Below are positions 54,028 to 64,000 of a stretch of 64,000 nucleotides of DNA, piece by piece. How positions within the stretch are numbered: the first letter of the stretch is position 1; the number at the start of each line of letters is the position of its first letter. Source of the DNA: Calditrichia bacterium. GTDB taxonomy: Bacteria > Calditrichota > Calditrichia > JAJRVZ01. A program made the translations under genes and the position numbers. The notes beneath the pieces were generated by a model. It saw nothing but the letters and a program-made list of their open reading frames with translations, was not told where the DNA came from and ran no database searches. The stretch lies in the NCBI GenBank assembly GCA_963777955.1, contig CAVZSQ010000022.1, positions 32,001 to 96,000 of the forward strand, read 5' to 3'.

Positions 54028-55590
54028 TTACTTTATCAACAACATCCGTTTGACTTCCACATTCTCCCCCGCCTGGATGCGGTAAAGATATACTCCCGAA
54101 CTGAGATTGCTGGCATCGAATTCCACATTATGCACTCCTGCACCTTTCCTGCCCTCAAAAAGCGTAGCGATTTCCTGTCCCTGAACATTGAATACTTTAA
54201 CGGTTACATCAGATACTGTAGGCAGCCCGAAGCGTATTGTCGTGGAAGGATTGAACGGATTTGGAAAATTCTGCAGAACAAAAAACGTATTGGGAATATA
54301 CCTTGGCATATCTTCCAGCGCAGAAACCGGAACTTTTAAACTTCCGCCTTCATACGAAATCGATCCGTTCGGGCCAAGAATGAAAGGAATGGTATTATCG
54401 AACTCGCCGGCTACCATGAGTCTCAACACTCCCATGATGGTCGTTGATTGCGACAGCACCACCCCGGCTGTGTTATTAATTGTCAGATTGGTTACGGTAT
54501 CCGGCATTAGTGCACTGGTGACCTGTGCGGCACTGCCGTTAAATTCAAAACTTGAAGCATTGGCCAGACTGACCACACCGGTGACCGTACTGAAAATTCC
54601 GGTTAGCCCTCCGGCCACAGTTGTAGCCAGGGTTGCTCCTGTGCTAAGAGTAAAATTACCGCTGCCGGCCAGCACACTGGCACCCATATCAAGCGTCGTG
54701 CCGTCGTTGACTTTTATGAACAATGCGGTAAGTGTATTGCCTTCGCCCAGGGTTAAGGTTTGTCTGCCGGCCTTGCAAAAGATAAAATTGGCATTGCCCG
54801 GAGGATTGGTGGAACACTGGGTGGTGGCATTGGACATTGAGAAATTACCTTCATACAGATACCAGGTAGTACTTCCATTCGGTTGCGATCCGCGGGCCAG
54901 GGAGAAATTGCCGCCGGTAACGATAATGTCGCCATAATGATGGACGGTGAATTTGGTCAGGGCGTTACTGGTGCCCTGCGTGGCAAACGTTCCCGCCTCG
55001 ACAATTACATCTCCGAGTATGGTAACGACCGCACTATCGTTGGCGGTTGCGGAGGTCAGGTACCAGCGATTCAGACCGGTATTAATTACCCGGATGTCGC
55101 CGCTGACAGTATTGCTGTCCAGGTTCATATTAAGATTAGCCACCTGATCGGGGCAATTGAAGGTAATATTATAATAATTCTGATCGCGGTCATCCGGAGC
55201 GGTATCCTGCACCGCGCTCATCAACAAAGTTGAACCCTCGGCCCAGTTGGCCAGCGGCATGCTGCCCCTGTTGCGGGCATGTTCATAAGTCCCGCCATTG
55301 GCAATTGTAAGCAGGCCGTTTGCTTCCACTTTCCACTGGTTGACCAGTTTTCCGCTAATAAAGACAGCCGCGTCGATAAAAATCGAGTCACCGCTTTGTA
55401 CGGTACTCGTTTCGGCTCCGGTGGGCGGAGTGCCGATGGCTGCCCAGGTTGAACCGTTATAGCGCTCCCAGTTCTGGGCCGCACTCCAGTTGCCGCTGGC
55501 TTTGGTCCGGTAATCCCCGGTAGTCTGGGCCAGCAGGGATATTGATAATAATAAAATCAGGATGAATACAAATGATGTAAATCTTGGCAT
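54028..55590 (-). CDS. Secreted paralog with one copy of the same domain and a T9SS-type CTD
   Basis: GDYRTKASGNWS, YEHAR..W.EGSTL, QGTSNA, NFSLARGSQ, QNFPNPFNPST. Confidence 0.85.
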   Translation of the reverse strand: MPRFTSFVFILILLLSISLLAQTTGDYRTKASGNWSAAQNWERYNGSTWAAIGTPPTGAETSTVQSGDSIFIDAAVFISGKLVNQWKVEANGLLTIANGGTYEHARNRGSMPLANWAEGSTLLMSAVQDTAPDDRDQNYYNITFNCPDQVANLNMNLDSNTVSGDIRVINTGLNRWYLTSATANDSAVVTILGDVIVEAGTFATQGTSNALTKFTVHHYGDIIVTGGNFSLARGSQPNGSTTWYLYEGNFSMSNATTQCSTNPPGNANFIFCKAGRQTLTLGEGNTLTALFIKVNDGTTLDMGASVLAGSGNFTLSTGATLATTVAGGLTGIFSTVTGVVSLANASSFEFNGSAAQVTSALMPDTVTNLTINNTAGVVLSQSTTIMGVLRLMVAGEFDNTIPFILGPNGSISYEGGSLKVPVSALEDMPRYIPNTFFVLQNFPNPFNPSTTIRFGLPTVSDVTVKVFNVQGQEIATLFEGRKGAGVHNVEFDASNLSSGVYLYRIQAGENVEVKRMLLIK

Positions 55591-55620
55591 GATGTATCTC
55601 CTTGTAAAAGTGATGTCAGT

Positions 55621-55758
55621 GACCCTCCCCTAGCCCCTCCCTGTCAGCCAGGAGGCTGACAGGGAGGGGGAAAGGGGGTGGGTTAATTTCGTCTCTGACC
55701 CTCCCCTGGCCCCTCCCTATCAGCCCCGGGCTGATAGGGAGGGGTATGGGGTGGGTTA
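55621..55758. repeat. GA-rich REP-like hairpin, tandem copies B (55621-55685) and C (55697-55758)
   Basis: Same sequence as copy A with compensatory stem changes. Confidence 0.78.
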
Positions 55759-55760
55759 TT

Positions 55761-57255
55761 TTATTGTATCTTCCACGGTATATCATACGTCAATTGCGCA
55801 AGTAAAAAATGACGCCTGTCACTATTCTTGCTGATCGCAGTGGACCAGATATCCTGGTATTTCATCAGCGAATTCTCATAGGTTAAATTCAATCGCAAGC
55901 CTGCATAATAAACTCCGCAGCCTGCCGAATAAACCGTATAGGTCACCGGCTCACCTGCCAGATAACTTCCTTCTGCCTCGAAAACCTCAGCTTCGCCCCG
56001 CATTCCGCCGCGCAGCGCCAGCCATGGTGTAACCTGATACTCAGCTCCTACCCGGAAAAGAGAAGACTGCAGCCAGGGGGCCGTTTCCGTACCCTGCGCA
56101 TCGGTATAACGGACAGACTTGTAGGGCCGGAACTCATACTCCAGACCGACCGTCAGATTTTCCCGCGGAGTAAGGGAGAGACCGATTGTTCCGCGCCAGG
56201 AGAGTTTCAGTTTATCCTCGCCCTGGACCGAGGATATTGAAGGCGTTCCGCCACCTGTGGTGTCTGTGGCAATTTGCATCGAGTATTTTCTGGTAATGGT
56301 GGTCGGCGGTTTAATAGAAAATCCGATGCTGACATAGCGGCTGCTGAGGATGCTGCTCAGGGTAAATTCCCGGCCGCTGAAATCCGAAGTACCGGTTTTA
56401 GTAATTCTTCGATACACCGAATCTGCCCGGAAAGCCTGGAAGTAGAATGTGAGTTTACCTCTGGCCAGTTGTTGTTCGTAATCATCACTGCTGCCGTCCA
56501 GAATCATCCCGCTGAATCCGAAGGCCAGGTTATACTCCGGCAGACCTCCGGCCAGGGCAAAACCGTAGCCCTGAATTTCACCTTTCCGCTGGCGCAGCGA
56601 TTTGCGACCAATCCACAGCAAGCGGATTATCATCGGTCGGACGTAAGGTGGGCAGGGGACGCTGCGATAAAATCGACGGCGAAAGCACATTGTTATTCTG
56701 ATAATAGTGATTCAGGTTGGCATATTCGACAGTACCGATGCCGGCGACGATTTTGACTTCACCCAGCGATACCGGCACAGCCAGCATGGCCTGCAGCGGC
56801 ACGCTGTTTTTGCCCGATCTTGACCAGTTCGGACCTATTTTGTCGTACGGTCTCTGCACGGTGTCCTGGAGCGTGAAACCAAAAAGCGAGGTGTCGGGAT
56901 CGGGAATATAGGCGGTCAGCCCTTCCAGCAGCAGACTCAGATTTGTATAATACCGGACCGGAGCGTAATTCTGCTCCTGTTTTGATTCGCTGGAAAAATA
57001 AAGTCCTCCCAGCGATAACTGCAGCCCCTGTATCGAAAAGAGAGTGGCCGGATTCTGGAACATCAATCCGGGATCCTGCTTTATACCGATCGAAACACCG
57101 GCCATGGCCCTTGAGGCGGCCGAATGCAGGGTGAAGTGGTCAAGCCCCTGGAAGGTCAGCGCTCCGCCATACCCCTGGGCATAAAGCGGCGCTGTAATAA
57201 AAAGCGGGCTGATACACAAACTTAGAATTCCAATAATGACTTTTATCTTTTTCAT
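55761..57255 (-). CDS. Outer-membrane beta-barrel protein (FadL/PorV-like; frameshift near 56585)
   Basis: SAASRAMAG, FQNPATL, alternating beta strands, FRVGAEY..WLALRGG. Confidence 0.7.
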
Positions 57256-58286
57256 GGCAGCGCAATCCCTATACTAAACCGCTGTACATTGCCGAGATAG
57301 GTACCCATGGCTCCATAACTGTAATCCGCCGATAAGCGGATACCTTCGATGGCATATTTAATCCCGGCTCCGAATGTTAATCCGTCATAATCATAATTGA
57401 ATTTATATCCACCGCGCAGGGCAATCGAACCGGCAAATTCATATTCCAGGCCTACATGCATTTGCTGGGCGTAATCGTTGGGATGGAATATGTCATAGGC
57501 CATGCTTAAGCGGTGCTCGCTGCTTCCGCTAAGCATCAATCCTTCGGTACCGATGACATCGGCACCCACGCCGATACGGAACAGCAGCGGCACGGCGTTA
57601 GATTCCCTGGCATATTTTACATTTGCGCCAAAGTTCTGCACCGCCGAGCCAAGATAAACAGAGCGGTAACCGGTGTTATAGCGAATTCCAAAATCAAACA
57701 ACAATCCATCCGCCCAGGTCTTGACCTCTTCAAATACCCCCTGTTTTACCTGGGCGACTACTCTTTGACCATTAAATAGTGATTCATGGGCATACTTCAT
57801 GCTTATACCTATTGAAAACTTATCAGTCAGGTAGCGGGCATACGATATACCGATCAGATAGCTGAACGGATTGAAAGTATTGCCGGTCAGTCCGGGGTGG
57901 TCAGGATTGCTGATATACGGACGTTCGTTGCTGGTTTCCTCGAACTCGCCGAAATCGACATACTGGACCTGCACACCGACGGCTCCGAATCCCTGTATGG
58001 CCAGGGCATAAGAAATTGCACCCTGCTGGGCATCGAACAACCAGTTGACATAGGTAGTGGAAAGTTCCATGTTATCCAGCCTGGCCAGACCGGCGGGATT
58101 CCAGAAAACCGCTTCGGCGCCGGTGGCCCACACCGCATAAGCTTCACCGAGCGCAGTGGCCCGGGCCGAGGGCATGACCTTCAGGAACTGCATCGAGGTA
58201 CTGCCCACCTTCTGGGCAAAAGATAATGAAGTACAAAGCAGCCCGGCTAAAACTGCAAGAATAAATTTTCTTTTTAGAATACTCAT
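57252..58286 (-). CDS. PorV/PorQ family protein
   Basis: QFLKVMPSARATALGEA, FWNPAGL, GLEY...LRGGY, DYSY...QRFS. Confidence 0.85.
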   Translation of the reverse strand: MSILKRKFILAVLAGLLCTSLSFAQKVGSTSMQFLKVMPSARATALGEAYAVWATGAEAVFWNPAGLARLDNMELSTTYVNWLFDAQQGAISYALAIQGFGAVGVQVQYVDFGEFEETSNERPYISNPDHPGLTGNTFNPFSYLIGISYARYLTDKFSIGISMKYAHESLFNGQRVVAQVKQGVFEEVKTWADGLLFDFGIRYNTGYRSVYLGSAVQNFGANVKYARESNAVPLLFRIGVGADVIGTEGLMLSGSSEHRLSMAYDIFHPNDYAQQMHVGLEYEFAGSIALRGGYKFNYDYDGLTFGAGIKYAIEGIRLSADYSYGAMGTYLGNVQRFSIGIALP

Positions 58287-58528
58287 GATATTTCTACCAT
58301 ATTTTTAATTTCCAAATTCTAATTACTAATTAAATCAAATTCCAGGCACCAATGACCAAAATACAAATTACTAATCTCAAATTTATTCTCCGTGGAACTC
58401 CGTGGTTCTTCGCCGAAGGTCTCCGTGGATCTTCGTGTAATTTTTTACCTGATAAGATTTCTCGTCCGCCTGCCGGCGGACTCGAAATGACAGTCATTAT
58501 TTCAATTACCAATTACTAATTACCAATT

Positions 58529-60742
58529 CTAGTGTATCACCACAAACTTCCCGCTTGACCTCGCGCCGGTATCTCTGTCCTCCACAACAAAATAATACAC
58601 CCCCGAGGCGATTATCTGATTATTAATACTGAGTTGATACCAGGGATTACCGTACGTTTCCCGGTTGTGCTCGCGGGTCATGATCAACTGGCCGGTGTAT
58701 GAAAATATCCTGATGGTGCAGCGATCAGTCAGGCCCACAAACTGGATGCGGTCGCCTATTTCTCCCCCCGGATCGGACCCGCTTAATCCGCTGGTGACCA
58801 GCAGCGGATTAGGTATCACATAAACTTTTCCCAGCGTTTCAGCCGGAGGTGCCTGTGTTTCATGTATTGTTATATTGGTGAAGCCGCTTCTGCCGCCCAG
58901 TTCATCCACTGTGATGACAGCATAGGCAGCATTATCACCGAGATTACTTTCAGGATCTATAATGGCATATTCGCCATTGCTGAAGTATCTCAGATCACCA
59001 GGGTTAACGGAGTCTATGACCGTCCATGGACCCAGGGGATGAGGTGCGCGCAGCACTTCGTAATGATCCAGGGCAGCATGGAGTTTTGGTGAATCAAAAG
59101 ATTCTACCTGCGCTCCCCAGATAATCTTGTTTGCTGCAGCACGGGTATCTTCAATCCGGATGACCGGCGCAGGAAAGGGAATGGGAATAGTGTTGTACCT
59201 GCCCGTTGCCGGTGCTTCCTCCGGTCTGTACTGCAGTGTATCATATTTGGCCAGCGGTTGCCCGGTATACATTTCTATTGCGCGGTCGGCCACATCCCGG
59301 ATCGACACCACGCCGGGGGTCACGTACCACGGCAGCGGATGATTTTGCAGATAATCACTCCCTATATAATTCTTATTTCCTAAATAATTATAATGCAGCG
59401 TATCATACCAGCTCGGTACCGGATTAAAATAGGCACCGGCGTCGACACCGGAACGGATGGCTCCGCCAACATCCTTATAAATCTTATCACCGGCCACGCC
59501 GGGACCGTAACCCGCCAACTCTGCTATCGTAAAGCGCATGACTTCGTCCGGTGGAAGTACATAAGGGTAAAATCCATAAGCGCGTGAAACAGGTTGATAC
59601 CAGGAAAGATTTATTGAAGTTTTAGTGCGTCCTTTCCAGTACGGCCACAGTTCCGGTTCAAACTGGTCGGCGAAACGGGTTGAATCGGTAGTGCCTTGCC
59701 ACACGCCCGTTTTCCGCTGCAGAGTCGGGTCCATCCAGGTTCCGGTTTTAGTATCTCCGGGCAGATTACCGTTTTCGTAACGCAGCAGAAAGGGTTGTTT
59801 GGCTTTGCTGTTTTCATCCCACATACCTGTGCTGTCCGTTGCTCCGTAAAATACCTGACCGGTCTGGTCTTTGCGGCTCAAATGTTCGTAGTCATAATGC
59901 AGCACCATTATACCGACAGCCTGTGGAGAGTTCAAGCCGCCGCGGTTGCCTGCAGTTGACCAGGTGTCAAAGAAATCCGGGTCCGGCAGGCCGTCCCTTT
60001 CGTGGTTATAACTCATCCAGCGCTTTAGATCGAATCGTGCAAAATGATCACCCAATCCTGGTGACTGACCTCGAAAGGAAGCCTCGGTCCATTCACCGTG
60101 ATTCCGCTGGTAGCCGAACATCGATGGGCCGAAGGTGTTGGCAAAGGTAATGAACAGATCTGCGATCGTATCGCCAGTTACATTTTGAAACTCATATTCG
60201 TAGATGATAAAACTGTCATAACCGGGAAAACTCCAGGTCCGGCTGGTGCGGGTGACCCTGATACCGGCGGGTGTATCCCAGCGTGAGAGGATAATTTCTT
60301 CAGCTTCGTCGGGATTATAGGCAGTATTCAACTCGCCGTTTTCCAGCACGGGGAAATTCTCGGTCCTGACCAGTTCCAGGGGTGTACTGTACACTCCCAG
60401 CACCGGCACCGGTTCTCCGCTGGTATTGGATGTGGCACCGCAGAAGGCATAAACCCGGCCTGATGGCAGGGTTCCGGCGATCCAGATCCCGCTGCCGAAG
60501 GAATTATGCTGGCCGGGATAATTCACCCGGTCCAGGATCATGCTGGAATAGGGCGGCCATTCCATGGAGGGACTGCCCGGTTGTATGGTGCCTCCGGCAT
60601 TATACGCCCGTCCTAATTCACCCGTATTATAAACAGTCTGATGCAATAATCCGCGTCTGTGCACCTGCCAATCACGCACCTGGGCATATAAATCGCTCAA
60701 GGGGAGAGTCAACAGCAGAATTATTAAGCCAATACGTTTCAT
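58529..60742 (-). CDS. Large secreted hypothetical protein with a CTD-like terminus
   Basis: Signal peptide; C-terminal VYVIPNP...IQFVGL...IRIFS..GQL...IASGVYYFVV...GKFVVIH. Confidence 0.8.
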   Translation of the reverse strand: MKRIGLIILLLTLPLSDLYAQVRDWQVHRRGLLHQTVYNTGELGRAYNAGGTIQPGSPSMEWPPYSSMILDRVNYPGQHNSFGSGIWIAGTLPSGRVYAFCGATSNTSGEPVPVLGVYSTPLELVRTENFPVLENGELNTAYNPDEAEEIILSRWDTPAGIRVTRTSRTWSFPGYDSFIIYEYEFQNVTGDTIADLFITFANTFGPSMFGYQRNHGEWTEASFRGQSPGLGDHFARFDLKRWMSYNHERDGLPDPDFFDTWSTAGNRGGLNSPQAVGIMVLHYDYEHLSRKDQTGQVFYGATDSTGMWDENSKAKQPFLLRYENGNLPGDTKTGTWMDPTLQRKTGVWQGTTDSTRFADQFEPELWPYWKGRTKTSINLSWYQPVSRAYGFYPYVLPPDEVMRFTIAELAGYGPGVAGDKIYKDVGGAIRSGVDAGAYFNPVPSWYDTLHYNYLGNKNYIGSDYLQNHPLPWYVTPGVVSIRDVADRAIEMYTGQPLAKYDTLQYRPEEAPATGRYNTIPIPFPAPVIRIEDTRAAANKIIWGAQVESFDSPKLHAALDHYEVLRAPHPLGPWTVIDSVNPGDLRYFSNGEYAIIDPESNLGDNAAYAVITVDELGGRSGFTNITIHETQAPPAETLGKVYVIPNPLLVTSGLSGSDPGGEIGDRIQFVGLTDRCTIRIFSYTGQLIMTREHNRETYGNPWYQLSINNQIIASGVYYFVVEDRDTGARSSGKFVVIH

Positions 60743-60760
60743 ATTTTCTTCACCGTTATT

Positions 60761-63690
60761 CTAAAATTCAAAGACGATTCCGAAACTATAGGACCTCGGT
60801 TGATTACTGTAAATTAGAAACGATTGATCCACGCTGAATGGGCCCTGTGTTCTCTTATCCCACCAGTAGCGGATACCGTTTTCCTTATCATTTATGGAAA
60901 ATTGTTCATAATATTGCAGCGGGAGGTTGGGATTGATAGGCGTGGGTCTCTGGAACAGATAATCGTAATTGAGAGTTTTATTCTCGAACAGGTTGAATAT
61001 TTCGGCATAAAAACTTACCGGCACGCCCAGGAAATTCTGAATCTTTTTGGTCACCCTCAGGTCAGTATTGTATTCCATCGGTGTACGCTTCACATTGATC
61101 AGCCGGATATCGGAGGGGGAGGTATAAGGTCTGCCGCTGCGAATCGATGATTGCGCCGAAATATTTACGTTGGACAAAAGTTTTGACTGTAGAATTGCAG
61201 GTCCCCAGTCTTTCCCGGTCAAATAGCCGAGGGTCAGGATAATATTATGCGTCCGGTCGAAATCCAGCAGGATGTCGCGCGTCGGCACATTGGTCAGATC
61301 GGTGGTAACGATTCCCAGGGTATCGCGGTTAAAAAGTGGAGTGGCTGCGGTGGCGGTAGCGCTTTTACCGGTGGCGTAACCGTACTGGTAATTGATCGAT
61401 CCGGTCAAGGCTCCTCTTCTTTTGTTCAGGGTTATGCGGAAGCCGCGAATATCGGCATAATCGAGGTTGAAGTACGAACTCACCTGGTAAGCCGGCTCTT
61501 TCGTCTATGAAATCCGATTGTTGAATAAGATTTTTAACATCCTTGTAGTAGCCGCTGACATCCAGGGTAAATCCTTCTCCCGAGGCCTTGCACCACTCCG
61601 ACATCGTAACTGTTGGTCGTTTCTGGTTTAAGCCTGGGATTGCCCAGGATCAGGGGATCGCTCAGGAGTTGGCCGATTCTTCTGGAGACGATATATTGAA
61701 ATGATGGTCTTTGCATGAAAGCGCCATAGTTCAGATGAAAGGTGGTGTTGCTGGAAACAGGGAATGAGAAACCAAGCCGCGGCTGCAGGCGACCATGGAC
61801 AGGCGATTTTTTAGTATCGGCCTTTGATGGCTTGAATCTGCCCAGCGAGTCGGGATCTCCGAACGGAGTGTACAGATCAGGGTAATAATCCACACCGGAG
61901 TACCATAAATCAAATCGCAGTCCCACATTGGCGATCATACCTTCAAATTCCATTTTATCCTGCACATAGATTGCGGCTTCAAAGGGGTGCGCCGTGTATC
62001 GTTCGAGTTCCCGGTTCGAGCGCACGCTCAGAAAGTTCGACACATCGATGAAGTATGAATTGACCTGAATACCGCTATTAAGCAGGTGAGATCTGGTAAT
62101 CTGACTGGTGAATGCACCATCAAGTGTTATAGTCCGGGTTTTCTCTTTGTTGAATGTATCATAACCGGATTGATAATCGAGCTGGTCGGGGGAGCTGGTG
62201 TTTGGATAGACGATGGTCTGGTTCGGCCAGTTAAAATCGACTGAATCAGGCAGTATGTCGGGTACCGGAGTAGCGCCGGTCGTATTGTCGGTGAACAGGG
62301 TGTTCAATTTCACTTCATAAAAAGTACTCTGGCTGATTGTCTTGGTCAGGCGCGCCCCGAGTTGAGTATTGAGTCTTTTCCTCTGGCGGATGCCGGTTAT
62401 GCGGTCCCAAAGCCAGCGCTGGTATCCGCCCACACTGTTCACACCGGGAAAGACGTTGTTGTTTTGCTGGGTAAAACCCCCGCTGAGACGGAAGGTGATA
62501 CTTTTGCTCAGATCGGTGACCACATTGCCCATGGCCTGGTATTCGGTGTTGGGTAGTTCAGTGGGGAAAACAGGTGCCTGCCGGTCTGAGCGCAGGGCCA
62601 GGAACATGGTCATCTGCTCATTGATAGGTCCCCCGGTGGCTGCTTCCAGGGAGTAATCCACTTCAGTTCCGTAGGTCCGGCCTATATCTCTGCGGGTCTG
62701 TTCCCAGAGGGTCCGGGCCACGGCCAGTCGCACCAGGGTATCGCCCATGAAAGTGTTGGCAAATCCCGAAATCATCGCACCGTAATATGGCTGGGATTGG
62801 TCTGAGTTGGGGTCTCCGCTTAACCAGACCTCTCTGTTCAGCAGCAGTTTGATATAATCATTGGCGTCCGGGTCGAAGGCACTGGGACCGAAATGTTTGC
62901 GGCCCGGGGCGCGCATACGCGATTCGAACCTGGTTTGCCATTTGTTCCGGTCACCCTCTTTCATCGAGATATTAACCACTCCGGATTGGGCATTACCGTA
63001 CTGGGCGCCGAAGCCGCTGGTGATAACCTCAACTTCCTCGACGCTGCTCATGATCGGCAGAAAAGCCGAAGAGCGGTCCAGCGGGTTGACAATGCCCATG
63101 CCCTGCAGGATGTAGTATTCCTCCCCCTCGCGTCCGCCTCTGAAGTGCCCGTCGGAAATATCGGCAGCCAGGTTAAGGACATCTCCGATGTCCCTTATCC
63201 CCGGCAGTGCTTGCACCTCTTCGAAGCGGACGATGGCGCTGGTTGAGGTTTTATCCCGTTCCACATCGGGTCGCACGGCTATAATCACCACCTCTTCCGA
63301 TTTAAGCACCTCGACTGACATTTTAAAATCGATGGTGGTAGTTCTGGTGGCGTTCACGATAATATCTGTCATTTTTATAGTCTGAAAACCGATTATACTG
63401 GCGCGGAGTTCATATTTTCCCGGAGGAACATTCAAAATATAGTATTCGCCATTGATGTCGGTAGCCGCGCCCATTTTAGTGCCGACAACGACGATATTTA
63501 CACCCGGTATCGGTTCGCCGGTTTCAACCTCTGTAACAGTTCCGGCTATTTTACCGACCGTCTGGGCAGAAAGCGGGTTTGAACACAGACAACAACGAAC
63601 CAGGCAGAAAAGAGTACTTAAAAATAAATTATGGAGTTTACCGGCACTTCTGATATAATTCCGTATTTTATTGGGACTTGAGGTGGACAA
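60761..63690 (-). CDS. TonB-dependent receptor (frameshifts at about 61490-61580; start uncertain)
   Basis: GKIAGTVTEVETGEPIPGVN, HFRGGR, SGFGAQYGNAQSGVVN, PRLGFSFP, GNPRLKPE, C-terminal PRSYSFGIVFEF. Confidence 0.9.
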
Positions 63691-64000
63691 CTTGACTTAT
63701 CATTAATCTCTCCTATTGGGGTATAGGAAACTTTTTCGCCGTATTTTAAAATCGGTTACTGCCCATCTAACGATTCATAAATTGCTGATTTAGTATACAT
63801 CTGAATCTAAGCAATTATTATATATAAGAAAGTGATTCACTGTGAAAAACAGTGGAAAAAGTGTCTTTTTACTGCTGCAACACCACGCGAATAGTCTGTT
63901 CCAATTGTTTAATAGAAAAAGGTTTGGAGAGGAAACAATATTTATTTTGCGGTGCTTTATCCCCACTATACACCCGGGTTTGTGTATAGCCCGAACATAA

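Noticed and set aside
2991..61600. Widespread pseudogenization or programmed frameshifting
   Set aside because: Single-base indels hit housekeeping genes (murT, bioAFD, prpE) in both genomes, cluster in patches and leave motifs intact without in-frame stops; this fits long-read error
63690..64000. Regulatory site upstream of the TonB receptor (CACTG..CAGTG near 63838-63854)
   Set aside because: A short imperfect palindrome in AT-rich DNA with no second copy or linked regulator

Overview
The window joins two unrelated sequences at about position 45040. Bases 1-~45038 are very GC-rich (roughly 73-75% by eye) and look actinobacterial, probably Acidimicrobiia (inferred from gene content). They carry SDRs, an amidase/PadR pair, PNP+deoC, an OYE-type reductase, a mauE / Cys-rich Tat protein / mauD-like cluster, prpE, murT-gatD, a cobalamin riboswitch with an ECF transporter, a B12-photoreceptor-like regulator ahead of ufaD/ufaO/ufaM-like genes, a membrane-anchored HEPN protein, bioA-bioF-bioD, and an ABC1 kinase cut by the junction. 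Bases ~45040-64000 are roughly 45-50% GC and look like an FCB-superphylum genome (KSB1/Calditrichota/Ignavibacteria-like, inferred). They carry proteins with T9SS-like C-terminal domains and a SusD-less TonB-receptor/PorV/PL9 locus, with several families of small repeats between the genes. Many genes in both parts are broken by single-base indels that look like uncorrected long-read errors, so coordinates of frameshifted genes are reconstructed by eye. Best candidates for undescribed biology: (1) a Mau-like maturation cassette around a Tat protein with ~25 Cys and five repeats, with no MauB/MauG nearby; (2) a CarH-type B12 sensor with an excisionase-type HTH next to furan-fatty-acid-like genes, with a shared candidate operator; (3) a tail-anchored Swt1-like HEPN RNase; (4) a ~200-bp MITE-like family plus heptamer repeats that run into coding sequence. 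All family assignments come from motif recognition; no database search was run.
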